Assembly (NCBI GenBank): GCA_002429485.1
Contig: DIZX01000015.1
Location: 86,044-150,043 of the forward strand
Source of the DNA: Patescibacteria group bacterium UBA6017
Lineage (GTDB): Bacteria > Patescibacteriota > Saccharimonadia > UBA4664
DNA: 64,000 bases
Reading direction: 5' to 3'
Shown here: one piece after another, positions 48,217-58,134 of the stretch
Numbering within the stretch: the stretch's first letter is position 1
Layout of the letters: each line of letters begins with the position of its first letter
The notes under the pieces: model-generated
Database searches by the model: none
The model's input: the letters and a program-made list of their open reading frames with translations, nothing else
Told to the model about the DNA's origin: nothing
Translations under genes and position numbers: made by a program

Positions 48217-48705
48217 CTAGAAGCCGTGGTGCTTCTCTTGATCGATTTTGTAGCTATGCAGCTCTTTCTCGTCAAACCACAGCTTCAATTCCTGTTTGGC
48301 TTCATCCGAGTTACCCGAAGCATGAATCAAGTTGCGGATCCCCTGATCCTTAGAGTCGGTGTAGGCAAAGCTATGGTGTGCAAAGTCGCCCCGAATTGTG
48401 CCCGGTGCAGCCGATTTCGGCTCGGTACCACCCACTATGCGGCGCACATTCTCCACGGCCTCTACGCCCTCGAGAGCAATCGCCACTACTGGGCCTTCGG
48501 TCATCAAGTTCACCATATTATTGAGCACGTGCTCGCCGCGGCGTTCGGCCAGGTCAAAATAATGCTTTTTGGCAAAATCCTCGTCGATCCAGACCATCTT
48601 CATGCCGACAATCTTAAAGCCGACATCCTCAAAGCGCTGGAGCAGGCGCCCGACCAGTGATCGTTGCACGCCGTCCGGCTTTATGACAATTAGGGTTCGT
48701 TCCAT
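48217..48705 (-). CDS. ndk: Nucleoside diphosphate kinase
   Basis: 162 aa. ERTLIVIKPDGV and active-site NLIHASGNSDEA (His). Confidence 0.9.
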   Translation of the reverse strand: MERTLIVIKPDGVQRSLVGRLLQRFEDVGFKIVGMKMVWIDEDFAKKHYFDLAERRGEHVLNNMVNLMTEGPVVAIALEGVEAVENVRRIVGGTEPKSAAPGTIRGDFAHHSFAYTDSKDQGIRNLIHASGNSDEAKQELKLWFDEKELHSYKIDQEKHHGF

Positions 48706-48707
48706 AG

Positions 48708-50000
48708 TTATACTTTCTCCTTGGTTTTAGTTACATATTCAATAAAATGCTTTTGGGCCGCTTCAGGCTCGGGAGCGATAATCGCAAATCTCAGTCTCCC
48801 TGGAGCCAGCATTGCTTCGGCCACCCGCCGCACATCCGCCACCGTCACGGCCTCAATGAGTTGGATTGTCTCCTCGATCGACTTCACCGATCCGAGGAGG
48901 GCCATCTGGGTACCGATGCGGTCCGCTATGCTGCCGTTACTCTCCAAGCTCATTTCCAGCCCGGCAATCAGCTGCTGCTTGGCCTTATCGAGCTCCGTCA
49001 CGCTCACTGTCTCCGTCCGAATCAGGTCCAGCTCATGCAGCACCGAATCAAGCGCCTGCTGGATCTTATCGAGATTAACACCAGCGTAAGCCTCAAACAA
49101 CCCCGTATCCACAAACGCATTCACCTCGGCGAACACCGTGTAGGCCAATCCTTGGCGCTCACGCACGTTGGTAAACAGCCGCGAGCTCATACCCCGGCCC
49201 AAAATAGCTGCCACCAATCTGGCCGCCGGCTCATCCTGGTCGTCGTAGGCATAACCGCGCGACGCCACCATAAAGTGCGCCTGAGCCGTTGGCTTAGCGA
49301 GAGTCACCGCCAATTCGTCGCCCAGCTCCTCGGCTACCGGCACAATCGGCGCCAGCTCGGCCGATTCCAGGCCGCCCAAGCTCTCCTGCAGCTGCGCCAC
49401 CACCGCCGCATGATCCACTGCCCCGGCTACGGCTACCACCAAGTTGTTTGGTCGGTAGCGCTCGCCCAAATACTTCACAATCTCATCCCGCGACACCGTG
49501 TTGATCACCTCTTCCGAGCCAATAATATCTCGGCCCAACGGATTATCCGGAAAAATCAAACTCGGCACCAAGGTACCAATGTAGCGCGACGGGTCATCCC
49601 GAAATACATTCATTTCTTCAATAATAACGTCCCGCTCGCGCTCAAGTTCCGGTCCGTCCAGTAACGGACTCTTCACCATGTCGCTCAAAATATCCAATGC
49701 CAGCGCACCGTGACGAGCCGGTACTTTGATATAAAACGAAGTCACATCCTCGGTCGTGTAGGCATTATTGTAGCCGCCCACCGCATCGACCGCCTCAGCA
49801 ATCGCCTGAGCCGACGGATACTTCTTGGACCCCTTAAACAACAAATGTTCCAAAAAGTGCGACACTCCGCCGTTAGTGGCATATTCCTCGAATCTAGAGC
49901 CGGTACCCACCACAATATTTACGGTCACACTGCGAGCATCGACCAGACTGGCCGTTACTATTCTTAATCCGTTGTCGAGTGTAGTCTGATTAACTTTCAA
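48708..50000 (-). CDS. M16 family zinc peptidase (insulinase-like)
   Basis: 430 aa. Inverted zinc motif HFLEHLLF and a downstream E. Confidence 0.8.
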   Translation of the reverse strand: MKVNQTTLDNGLRIVTASLVDARSVTVNIVVGTGSRFEEYATNGGVSHFLEHLLFKGSKKYPSAQAIAEAVDAVGGYNNAYTTEDVTSFYIKVPARHGALALDILSDMVKSPLLDGPELERERDVIIEEMNVFRDDPSRYIGTLVPSLIFPDNPLGRDIIGSEEVINTVSRDEIVKYLGERYRPNNLVVAVAGAVDHAAVVAQLQESLGGLESAELAPIVPVAEELGDELAVTLAKPTAQAHFMVASRGYAYDDQDEPAARLVAAILGRGMSSRLFTNVRERQGLAYTVFAEVNAFVDTGLFEAYAGVNLDKIQQALDSVLHELDLIRTETVSVTELDKAKQQLIAGLEMSLESNGSIADRIGTQMALLGSVKSIEETIQLIEAVTVADVRRVAEAMLAPGRLRFAIIAPEPEAAQKHFIEYVTKTKEKV

Positions 50001-50593
50001 TTACTGCTTCTCCTACGGTGCATATAATACCAGATAACCCAGGCTACTACCGCCAACACCACTCCCAGCGAGAGGACGTGCATGTACTTCGATATGCTCC
50101 CCAAATTATCACCGACCGTAAAGCCGACCCACACAAACAGCGCCGTCCATACCGCCGAGCCTATCGTGGTGTATAGCAGGAACTTTCCGAGATTCATGCC
50201 CGCTATCCCGGCCGGATAGGCTATCAGCCCACGCACCACCGGCAGACAACGGCCCAACATCGTCATCCAGGCACCATATTTCTCAAACGCCGCGTGAGTG
50301 CGGTCGAGGTCCTTCTTGGTGATAAACACGTATTTGCCGTACCGCTCCAAGATTGGGTGGCCGCCATACTTACCTATGCCGTAGCCGATAAGTCCGCCTG
50401 TCACCTGAGCTGCAACCCCCAAAATGAATACCACCCACACATCAAAGCGCCCCGTGGCTGCCAGAGCGCCGCCAATCGCCAGGAGTACCTCCGACGGGAT
50501 TGGTATGCCGAAGCTATCCAGTATCAATCCCGTCGCCAACCCGACATACCCAAGCTGCGACAGCAGGTCACCAGCTATTTGGGTATAATTCAC
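49997..50593 (-). CDS. DedA family membrane protein
   Basis: 198 aa. DedA/SNARE-associated signature (VVRGLIAYPAGIAGMN...). Confidence 0.75.
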   Translation of the reverse strand: MNYTQIAGDLLSQLGYVGLATGLILDSFGIPIPSEVLLAIGGALAATGRFDVWVVFILGVAAQVTGGLIGYGIGKYGGHPILERYGKYVFITKKDLDRTHAAFEKYGAWMTMLGRCLPVVRGLIAYPAGIAGMNLGKFLLYTTIGSAVWTALFVWVGFTVGDNLGSISKYMHVLSLGVVLAVVAWVIWYYMHRRRSSN

Positions 50594-51387
50594 TATTTAA
50601 TGCCCGCCATCAGGAGAATTACGCCCACCACCACCCGGTACGCCGCGAATACGGCCAATCCGTGCTTCGACAGGTATCTGAGCAAGAATTTGATCGCCAG
50701 GTACCCTGTCACGGCGGCCGACACTATCCCGGCCACGTATAGCCAAGGCGCCGTGCCCATTTGCGCCATATTCGTCGGATCCACTAGCACCTTGAGCGTC
50801 GCTCCGGTGATAATCGGCGCCGACAGCAAAAATGACAGTCGCGTGGCGCTCACACGATCAAAGCCCAGCGCCCGGCTAATCGTGATCGTAATCCCCGAGC
50901 GCGATATACCAGGCACCAGCGCCAGTGCCTGGGCCACCCCCACCGTCATCACCCTCGGCAGGGTGACATCCGCCAGATTAAGCTTGCTCCAGGAGTACTT
51001 GTCCACGAGGTACATCACTATACCCACCCAGATCAGGTTAATCGCTACTAGGCGACCGTCGCGGAAGATTGTCTCGGCGTAATGCTGTACCAATACTCCG
51101 GCAATCACACCGGGAATCGTAGCCAGAATCAGATACAGGCCCATTTTGCGCTTCGGCCCGCCCATCACAAAATCACGGCCGATCTCCCAGAAGTCACGCG
51201 CGAAGAAGGCGTACAAAGCAATCAGCGTGCCCACGTCCAGCGCGGTATCAAAAGCCAGCCCCGAATATTGAAAATTCAAGAAATGTCCTACCAGGATCAG
51301 GTGGCCGGACGATGAAACTGGAATAAATTCTGTGAGTCCTTGGGTAATACCCAGAATAATCGAATCAATCAACTGCATAACCAGCAT
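50593..51387 (-). CDS. uppP: Undecaprenyl-diphosphatase
   Basis: 264 aa. BacA motifs GITQGLTEFIPVSSSGHL and PGISRSG. Confidence 0.88.
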   Translation of the reverse strand: MLVMQLIDSIILGITQGLTEFIPVSSSGHLILVGHFLNFQYSGLAFDTALDVGTLIALYAFFARDFWEIGRDFVMGGPKRKMGLYLILATIPGVIAGVLVQHYAETIFRDGRLVAINLIWVGIVMYLVDKYSWSKLNLADVTLPRVMTVGVAQALALVPGISRSGITITISRALGFDRVSATRLSFLLSAPIITGATLKVLVDPTNMAQMGTAPWLYVAGIVSAAVTGYLAIKFLLRYLSKHGLAVFAAYRVVVGVILLMAGIK

Positions 51388-51417
51388 TATAGCTGGGCGT
51401 TACCGCTTCGGCTACTA

Positions 51418-53373
51418 CTATTGCGGCTGAGAAGCCGCCGGCGCCAAAATTATGTCGACCTGATGCTTCAGCGCCCGACCTCGCAGACCCCTAGGGTCAA
51501 GCGCCAGGGCGTGCTCCGCCGCCGCCTTGGCCTCGGTCACCTTGCCCCGGCTCAGGTACACGTTTCCCATGAGGGCCTCCAGATTCGCCAGCGTCGGCGC
51601 CAGCGTTTCATCGGCTCCGCGGTTACTCACCACGGCCGACGGATACTGCGCCAACATTGCCTTTGCTACCTGCAACGCCTCGTCCGGTTTCTGCTCATTG
51701 AGCAGTGCGCTGGCCAGATCAAGGGCGTAGTCTGGATGATTGAACCGGTCCAGCTCCAGTGCATGGCGGAAGGCCGCTTCAGCCCCTTTATAGTCAGCTT
51801 TCTGCGCCAATATCCGGCCTGCCAGCTGATAATGCTGCCCATCCGACGGATCCAGCCGCTGCGCCGCATGCGCTCGGTCGAGTGCCAAGACCAAATTGCC
51901 CGCGGCATCCGGACCGCCCTCACTCCCCGACACGAACAGATTGATTCCCTGCGCACTAACGGTGTCGGGGTTATATATGATCCCCGAGCTAGCCCGGCCA
52001 AAATCCTCCGCCGCCAAGACATAATCCCCGTCCGTCTGAGCGTTGCGGCCGCGCATAGTCCAGGTATCGCTGAAATATAGGCTCACGGTCGGAATCAGCA
52101 CCAACGCCGCCACTGCCGGCCACTTCCATCCCAAAGCTACCCACTTATGCGACTTTTGAACGTAAATCAAGCCTGTGAACATACCCACCAACCCCAACAG
52201 CGCCGGATATCGGGCATCGATATCGAGTCCGAAGTGCATTAACAGTCCAAGGGTTCCCAGCGCCACCGGCACCAACTCGGGCTTGGCCACCAATCCCCGC
52301 AGGGATCCCAGCAACATAATCAGCAATATCACGGCCAGCAACCCCGCCCCCACCAGCCCCAATTCAGCCAGCACTTGAGCGTAAACATTGTGAGCGCTCG
52401 TTGATGCACTCACCACGCGCTTCTGATACTGCGGGTGAACGTCCCCGAACGCTCCCGCGCCCACACCGCCTACCGGATTGGCCTTCCACATATCAAATGC
52501 GCTCGACAGGAAATACAGCCGGTCGCTCCCGCTCGTCGACTCACCCTTAACTGCCTCGCTGAAGCGTGAGCCAGGTGCCACCTTAGCGCTATGTTGCACC
52601 GTCAGAGTGCTCAACTTCACCAAGCCGGCACTCAACCCGAATGCCAAAAATCCACTGAACACAAAAAGTATCCAGAAGCGCAAAGAAAGCTTTACCAAAA
52701 GCAAATACAGACCAAGAATAATGAACAATATAACGGTAGCTGCGCGCGAATCGGTCAGCCAAAACGTCGCCATCCAGAGCGAAGTCAGCCCAAACCATGC
52801 CCACTGCATCCGGCCCTTCGAACGGCGCATCAAGTCCATCCCGATCACAATCGCCGGTATCAGATAAGCAGCGGCCGGATTCGCCCAGTAGAATGTACCC
52901 GTGAGACGCCCGTACTCACTCGTGAGGTACATCCATATAGCTACAGCGCTAAATACCCCGGCCGATACCAAATACGCGCCAACTACCCACTTGCGACCCA
53001 AAGCCGTGCCGCTTACGGCGTATGCCAGGCGAAATGCCAATGCCGCCATTACCCACTCCACTATCCAGATGGTGCTCGAGTACCGATTAGCCGTCCACAA
53101 TAGCGACAGCAGCGCGAAGCCGATAAACAGGCTAAAACAAACCACCAGCAGCCCGCGCGCCAGCACCCTCGAAGCCGGCTGACGCCACACCAGCAACGCC
53201 CCGAGCAGCAGCGCAAAGCCGCTGATGAGCATCCCGAGCGGCTCCTGCCCCCCGCTCAGCCACGGTGCCACAGCAACTGCCAGGCACACCACTAGCGCCT
53301 TCGTAATCACCGGCCGCATCGTACCGCTTTGCTCTGCCTCTTCCATAACCGTTATTGTAGCAGAATTTGACAT
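51418..53373 (-). CDS. O-antigen ligase/polymerase family membrane protein with C-terminal TPR repeats
   Basis: 651 aa with about 12 TM helices, a Wzy_C-like loop, and C-terminal TPR-like repeats (AEAAFRHALELD..., AKAAAEHALALDP). Confidence 0.65.
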   Translation of the reverse strand: MSNSATITVMEEAEQSGTMRPVITKALVVCLAVAVAPWLSGGQEPLGMLISGFALLLGALLVWRQPASRVLARGLLVVCFSLFIGFALLSLLWTANRYSSTIWIVEWVMAALAFRLAYAVSGTALGRKWVVGAYLVSAGVFSAVAIWMYLTSEYGRLTGTFYWANPAAAYLIPAIVIGMDLMRRSKGRMQWAWFGLTSLWMATFWLTDSRAATVILFIILGLYLLLVKLSLRFWILFVFSGFLAFGLSAGLVKLSTLTVQHSAKVAPGSRFSEAVKGESTSGSDRLYFLSSAFDMWKANPVGGVGAGAFGDVHPQYQKRVVSASTSAHNVYAQVLAELGLVGAGLLAVILLIMLLGSLRGLVAKPELVPVALGTLGLLMHFGLDIDARYPALLGLVGMFTGLIYVQKSHKWVALGWKWPAVAALVLIPTVSLYFSDTWTMRGRNAQTDGDYVLAAEDFGRASSGIIYNPDTVSAQGINLFVSGSEGGPDAAGNLVLALDRAHAAQRLDPSDGQHYQLAGRILAQKADYKGAEAAFRHALELDRFNHPDYALDLASALLNEQKPDEALQVAKAMLAQYPSAVVSNRGADETLAPTLANLEALMGNVYLSRGKVTEAKAAAEHALALDPRGLRGRALKHQVDIILAPAASQPQ

Positions 53374-53445
53374 CTCAGCTTTTTCTCAGTATATTCTCTA
53401 AATTCGTGAAGCTACCAATTATAAGGACACCAAGCCATTAAAGCT

Positions 53446-54696
53446 ATGCTTACTCGCATCACCCGAACCGGCAAACCTCAGGGTTTGCTGATTATTCCTG
53501 CCATCATACTCATACTTTCTACCCTAGTGAGCGATCTGCCGTCTGCCAGTGCCATGATCGCGATTGCTCCCGGGCCGGTGCTCACCCTCGACGCCGCACA
53601 ACCGCCCGTTATTACTCAGCGCGCCATCACCGCCACTACCCCACCAGGCTGGGAAAGTGGGTATTTCGCCAACTCTTTCGAGTATGGCTACGCCTCATCC
53701 AGCGCCTCCACCGCCCCAGACAGTACAAGCGTGAATGTGATCTCGATTGATCCCGCCGCGACGCCGCTCGCCAGCCCCCTGCACGTCCTTATCGATATCA
53801 GTGAGCAAGATCCTAACGTCACGCTCTACCTCATGGTCCGGGCCAACCTCCAGAGCGGAATTCCATGCGACTGGTCACACCCCCTGCTCATCAATGACCC
53901 TTCGATGTACGTAGCGCCGCCAGATCCTACACCGACCCCCACGCCAACCCCTACTCCTACGCCCACACCTAGCGCCACGCCCTCCCCCGCGCCAGCACCA
54001 ACACCCATACCTCCAGCTGTCGTGTGCCCCCGGCTTCAATTCGTGGGCGTACGCGGCTCCAGCGAAACTAAATATGATAGCGGAGGCTACGGGAGCACTG
54101 TCGCCAATATTAAGGATATTATCGAAAAGAACGTTCCTGGCACCAAAAGTACGCCGATCGACTACCCAGCCATTCCCGTTGGCTATGGTGGACCCGACTA
54201 TCTCAGCCTGTATGAAAAGAGCATGGCCAAAGGCCGAGACGCTCTGGATGCTTTTCTCACTAAATTTATTGGCGATTGCCCTCACACCTACGTAATTCTT
54301 GCAGGCTATAGCCAAGGCGCCCAAGTAGCTGGCGACGAGTTCGCCTACCTGACTACCGCCGAAAAGGGCCATATTGCAGCGCTCATACTCATCGGCGATC
54401 CCCGCTTCAACCCCAACCAACCCTCGGTAGATAATGGCAACTACGATAAAAAGCTTTCTGGCATCTACCAGTTCGTGGTTCCCCAAATGCGCATTATCCC
54501 CGATATCTGGGTACCCAACGTAAAAAGCTACTGCGCCAAAGGCGACCCTATATGCAACTTCACCGGTTCAAATCTGCCAAGCTGCCGCCCAGGCTCGAAG
54601 AACTGCCAGCACATTCTATATGCCGATAAAGGGTGGACAAAAATTGCCGCTCAATGGGCTATAAGACACTGGAGAACACTTCCTTCATTACCATAA
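53446..54696 (+). CDS. Secreted cutinase-like serine hydrolase with Pro-Thr linker
   Basis: 416 aa. Signal/TM segment, N-terminal domain, (PT)n/PSATPSPAPAPTP linker, and a C-terminal cutinase fold (CPRLQFVGVRGSSE, GYSQGAQV nucleophile elbow, conserved Cys pairs, Asp/His near the C-terminus). Confidence 0.7.
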   Translation: MLTRITRTGKPQGLLIIPAIILILSTLVSDLPSASAMIAIAPGPVLTLDAAQPPVITQRAITATTPPGWESGYFANSFEYGYASSSASTAPDSTSVNVISIDPAATPLASPLHVLIDISEQDPNVTLYLMVRANLQSGIPCDWSHPLLINDPSMYVAPPDPTPTPTPTPTPTPTPSATPSPAPAPTPIPPAVVCPRLQFVGVRGSSETKYDSGGYGSTVANIKDIIEKNVPGTKSTPIDYPAIPVGYGGPDYLSLYEKSMAKGRDALDAFLTKFIGDCPHTYVILAGYSQGAQVAGDEFAYLTTAEKGHIAALILIGDPRFNPNQPSVDNGNYDKKLSGIYQFVVPQMRIIPDIWVPNVKSYCAKGDPICNFTGSNLPSCRPGSKNCQHILYADKGWTKIAAQWAIRHWRTLPSLP

Positions 54697-54760
54697 AAAT
54701 GCTTATCTCAGTAGCGCAAGTTAGATTTTTCACTCGCAAAAGATTATCATCATCAATATT

Positions 54761-55018
54761 ATGAAACCATCAAAAAACCAATTGATAGCAACATTCGTCG
54801 GACTACTCGGTGCTAGCCTATTTATATTCGGGGTAATGTATACTGCGATGCATTATCTAGACCCTCACGCAACAATTAACGTCGACTTTTTCCTGGTTCC
54901 AGGCGTACTCCTCCTAGTATCAGCGCCTATTATTCTAAAAAAGCTTATCTGGTCTGTGATATTCACGACAATCGGCCTACTCTTTTTCCTTTGGGTATAT
55001 TCCGGTATTTTCCAGTAA
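54761..55018 (+). CDS. Small membrane protein, paralog 1 of 3
   Basis: 85 aa with 2-3 TM helices and a conserved C-terminal KKLIW...LWVY motif. Confidence 0.5.
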   Translation: MKPSKNQLIATFVGLLGASLFIFGVMYTAMHYLDPHATINVDFFLVPGVLLLVSAPIILKKLIWSVIFTTIGLLFFLWVYSGIFQ

Positions 55019-55058
55019 CCTGTCAGATTAACAAACTAAAAATTACTATCGCCCCAGA

Positions 55059-55325
55059 ATGAAAACTACTACAAAGCTGAAAATTATCGCCTGGATACTA
55101 TCCTTGGTCGGAATCGGAACCATAATCGATGGGCTAGCTTATAACATTAATCATCTAGATAGTTATCTCGATCAACCTCACTACTTTCTCCGAGATAACG
55201 AAGTCGCAATAGGGTATATCTTGCTCGTGATAGCATCAATTATCGTCCGCCGCTACATATGGGCTGGCGTACTGGTTGGCATAGCGACGATATTCGAATT
55301 ATGGGTATACTTCTCTACCCTTTAA
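55059..55325 (+). CDS. Small membrane protein, paralog 2 of 3
   Basis: 88 aa. RRYIW...LWVY motif. Confidence 0.5.
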   Translation: MKTTTKLKIIAWILSLVGIGTIIDGLAYNINHLDSYLDQPHYFLRDNEVAIGYILLVIASIIVRRYIWAGVLVGIATIFELWVYFSTL

Positions 55326-55359
55326 GAGCGCTTAATTTAAACATCGATAAGGTAAATCA

Positions 55360-55686
55360 ATGAGTTTTAGAATGTTGTCAGCTCAACAGGCCAAGCCAAC
55401 AAGCTCCCAGATACTGCTTTCGATAGCTCTTGGGCTTTCTGGAGCATTCCTAATAATTCTCGGCATTATTTTTTTCTTTGGTAATCAATTTGCCTTAGTT
55501 ATGGGCTCTGTTGATGGCACAAATACACTTATACTGCTTTTTCTTTCAGGATTGCCATTTGTAATCCTCGGCACTCTTTGTCTACTAGCTATCCCGATTA
55601 TTCTGCACAAAAGATGGATTCTATTCACGCTGATTGGCGGCATTCTAATCGGCCTCGCCTACCTCTTCCAAGCTTTTCAAGACTAA
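55360..55686 (+). CDS. Small membrane protein, paralog 3 of 3
   Basis: 108 aa with a divergent but alignable C-terminus (HKRWILF...). Confidence 0.45.
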   Translation: MSFRMLSAQQAKPTSSQILLSIALGLSGAFLIILGIIFFFGNQFALVMGSVDGTNTLILLFLSGLPFVILGTLCLLAIPIILHKRWILFTLIGGILIGLAYLFQAFQD

Positions 55687-55766
55687 GGGCCACGAGCCGG
55701 AGCACCCCCACCCCGAAATTACTCTTATTGGAATACTATTCTGAAAAGAGTAAAATCGCAGACCTA

Positions 55767-56165
55767 ATGTACCCAGACTCATTACCCCCACCAATTTCAG
55801 CCCAAACTTTCTACGTGCTCCTCGCGCTGTCACTCGATGAGTTGCACGTTTACGCCATCAAAGGCGCCGTATTCAACTACTCGCTCGGCAGCGTCAACCT
55901 GACCGCCAGCCGGCTCTATGCCCTCGTAAACCAGCTCGAAGACGAAGGCATTATCGACCTAATCGGCCGCCGACCAGCCGGAAAATCGCGCAAAGAGCGA
56001 CAACACTACGCCATCTCGCCCCATGGCGCCATCCGCCTACAGGAAGAACTACTCCGTCAAAACCACGCGGTCAAAATCGCCAAGGCCCATGACCTGCTCG
56101 ACAACAAAACCCCCACCGACATCCAGCGCCTCCTGCTAAAAACCGCCCCCAAAACCTCATCCTAG
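55767..56165 (+). CDS. PadR-like winged-helix transcriptional regulator
   Basis: Start placed at MYPDSL (the ORF extends upstream to 55578). PadR pattern: YVLLALSLDELHVYAI...LGSVNLTASRLYALVNQLEDEGIIDL...YAISPHG. Confidence 0.55.
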   Translation: MYPDSLPPPISAQTFYVLLALSLDELHVYAIKGAVFNYSLGSVNLTASRLYALVNQLEDEGIIDLIGRRPAGKSRKERQHYAISPHGAIRLQEELLRQNHAVKIAKAHDLLDNKTPTDIQRLLLKTAPKTSS

Positions 56166-56205
56166 ATTGTGCGACGTGGTAGCATAGAAGCATAAGGGGT
56201 TACAC

Positions 56206-57129
56206 ATGGCCGAATTACACCTATCTGAGCTCGTCACCGACTTCCTGGAGCACCTGGAGATCGAACAGAACCGCTCACCCAAGACCATCAGCAACTACGA
56301 TCACTACCTCCAGCGACTGGTCGAATTCGCAGGCGACTGCGACATCGCCAAGCTAGACGCCGAAATGGTCCGCCAATGGCGCCTACACCTCAACCGTACC
56401 AAAGACGTTTCCGGCAACGAACTCACCAAAACCACCCAGAACTATCACCTCATCGCCCTGCGCAGCTTTCTCAAGTACCTCGCCAAGCGAGATATCACCG
56501 CCCTCGACAGCGCCAAAATCGAACTCGCCAAAACCGTCCGCCCTCAAGTGACCTTCCTGGAAACGGAGGAGGTGCAGCGCCTGCTCGAGGCCGTCGACAC
56601 CTCCAACCCCATCGGCCTGCGCGACCGCGCCATCATCGAGCTGCTATTCTCCGGCGGCCTGCGCGTATCCGAGCTCGTCAACCTGAATGTCACCCATATC
56701 AACCTCGACCGGCGCGAATTTATGGTGCGCGGCAAGGGCCAAAAAGACCGCCCCATCTTCATCTCACCCACCGCCGCCGACTGGATGGACCTTTACCTCA
56801 AAAGCCGCCACGACGACGGCCAACCCCTCTTCATCCACTACTCCGGCTCCCAAGACTCTGCTGAGGGCGGCATGTACACCCGCCTCACCGTTCGCAGCGT
56901 TCAGCGACTCGTGAAGCGCTACGCCACCGCCGCCGGCATCACCAAGGACGTCACCCCACACACCCTGCGCCACAGCTTTGCAACCGACCTGCTCATCAAC
57001 GGCGCCGACATCCGCAGCGTCCAAGGTCTGCTCGGCCACGCCAACATTGCCACCACCCAGATCTACACCCACATCACCGACCCACAGCTCAAAGCCGTGC
57101 ACGAGAAGTTCCACGGCCGCAGGGCCTAA
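56206..57129 (+). CDS. xerD: Tyrosine recombinase XerD/XerC
   Basis: 307 aa with an N-terminal SAM-like core-binding domain and catalytic R..HxxR..Y (HTLRHSFATDLLINGADIRSVQGLLGHANIATTQIYTH). Confidence 0.85.
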   Translation: MAELHLSELVTDFLEHLEIEQNRSPKTISNYDHYLQRLVEFAGDCDIAKLDAEMVRQWRLHLNRTKDVSGNELTKTTQNYHLIALRSFLKYLAKRDITALDSAKIELAKTVRPQVTFLETEEVQRLLEAVDTSNPIGLRDRAIIELLFSGGLRVSELVNLNVTHINLDRREFMVRGKGQKDRPIFISPTAADWMDLYLKSRHDDGQPLFIHYSGSQDSAEGGMYTRLTVRSVQRLVKRYATAAGITKDVTPHTLRHSFATDLLINGADIRSVQGLLGHANIATTQIYTHITDPQLKAVHEKFHGRRA

Positions 57130-57144
57130 ACCGGCCGGTCTAAT

Positions 57145-58134
57145 CTAGTAGTTACACCCGTCAGACGTCGCCAGGTTGTTCATCACGTTAAAGCCCTTGC
57201 AGATATTCGTATCCGAATACATCACATAGTTGAGGCCATTCGAGGCTCCGCCATTGATTGGCAGCTTCGAAATCACTCGACGGTAAGTCTGCCCTGCCCT
57301 AGCCGTCACATCGATGGTCGCCGTACCATCGGGTACCTTTACGATTGTACCGCCATTGAGGAACGTCATTCTGTATGAAGTGGGGCCGTAGCGTGAACGC
57401 AAGCGGAAGAGATAGTTGGACGCTCCGCCCAAACCATTAATAATCGCGTAGCAGTTATAATGGCTCGTTATTGGAGTGCCAGCAATCGCGCGCGAATTAC
57501 CGGGTACGCAATTGCCGTTAAATTGCTGCGGCGTAACCGTTTGAGCATAGGTAATCGTCGATCCCGCGGCCCCGCGAGGCACAAACACAGCATTGGTTAG
57601 CGGGATATTCGTATTGCCCGCAAACATCGCGTTCGGATATTTCACGATAGCCACCTCCATTGGGGGCGCCGCATAACCATATCCCCCCGCCCCCGGCAAT
57701 GCCCCCGCCACGTTAAATGACGCCGCAGTCGTAACGTTCGACTGATTCCATTCAATCACAACTCTGTTATACCCTGCCGACCCGGGATCGATCGTTTTAG
57801 CAACATCATTGTGTTCCAAGATACCCGTGGGCGAGCCAGAAAACGATATCTGCTGACACGTCCAGCCGGCCGCTCCCGTAGCATCATAGGTCGTGTTTGC
57901 CGCACCCGGTGTCGCACACGTTTGATTCGTCGTCACTGCACCGCTCAGGACCTTGGCCGCAGCATCTTCTATCCCCGCCTCAGCCGCATAATAAGCCCGT
58001 AGCGTCTGTTCCGAGTCTTCCGACTTGCGCAGCTGGACCGCCTCAAGCGAGACCAGACTAATAGTAATCACCAACAGCAAAAGGCTCAGCATAATCGTGG
58101 TAAAAAGCGATACGAAACCGCGTTCATTTCTCAT
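57145..58134 (-). CDS. PilX-like type IV pilus minor component
   Basis: Start likely at MRNERGFVSLFTTIML (the ORF extends to 58173). It has an N-terminal hydrophobic helix and no prepilin G-F/E motif. Confidence 0.5.
   Translation of the reverse strand: MRNERGFVSLFTTIMLSLLLLVITISLVSLEAVQLRKSEDSEQTLRAYYAAEAGIEDAAAKVLSGAVTTNQTCATPGAANTTYDATGAAGWTCQQISFSGSPTGILEHNDVAKTIDPGSAGYNRVVIEWNQSNVTTAASFNVAGALPGAGGYGYAAPPMEVAIVKYPNAMFAGNTNIPLTNAVFVPRGAAGSTITYAQTVTPQQFNGNCVPGNSRAIAGTPITSHYNCYAIINGLGGASNYLFRLRSRYGPTSYRMTFLNGGTIVKVPDGTATIDVTARAGQTYRRVISKLPINGGASNGLNYVMYSDTNICKGFNVMNNLATSDGCNY

Noticed and set aside
53926-54006. Short tandem DNA repeats (ccNacN)n looking like a microsatellite or CRISPR-like array
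   Set aside because: The repeat lies in frame inside the cutinase-like CDS and encodes a (PT)n/PSAP linker. There are no spacers of constant length and no cas genes, so it is a coding low-complexity tract.
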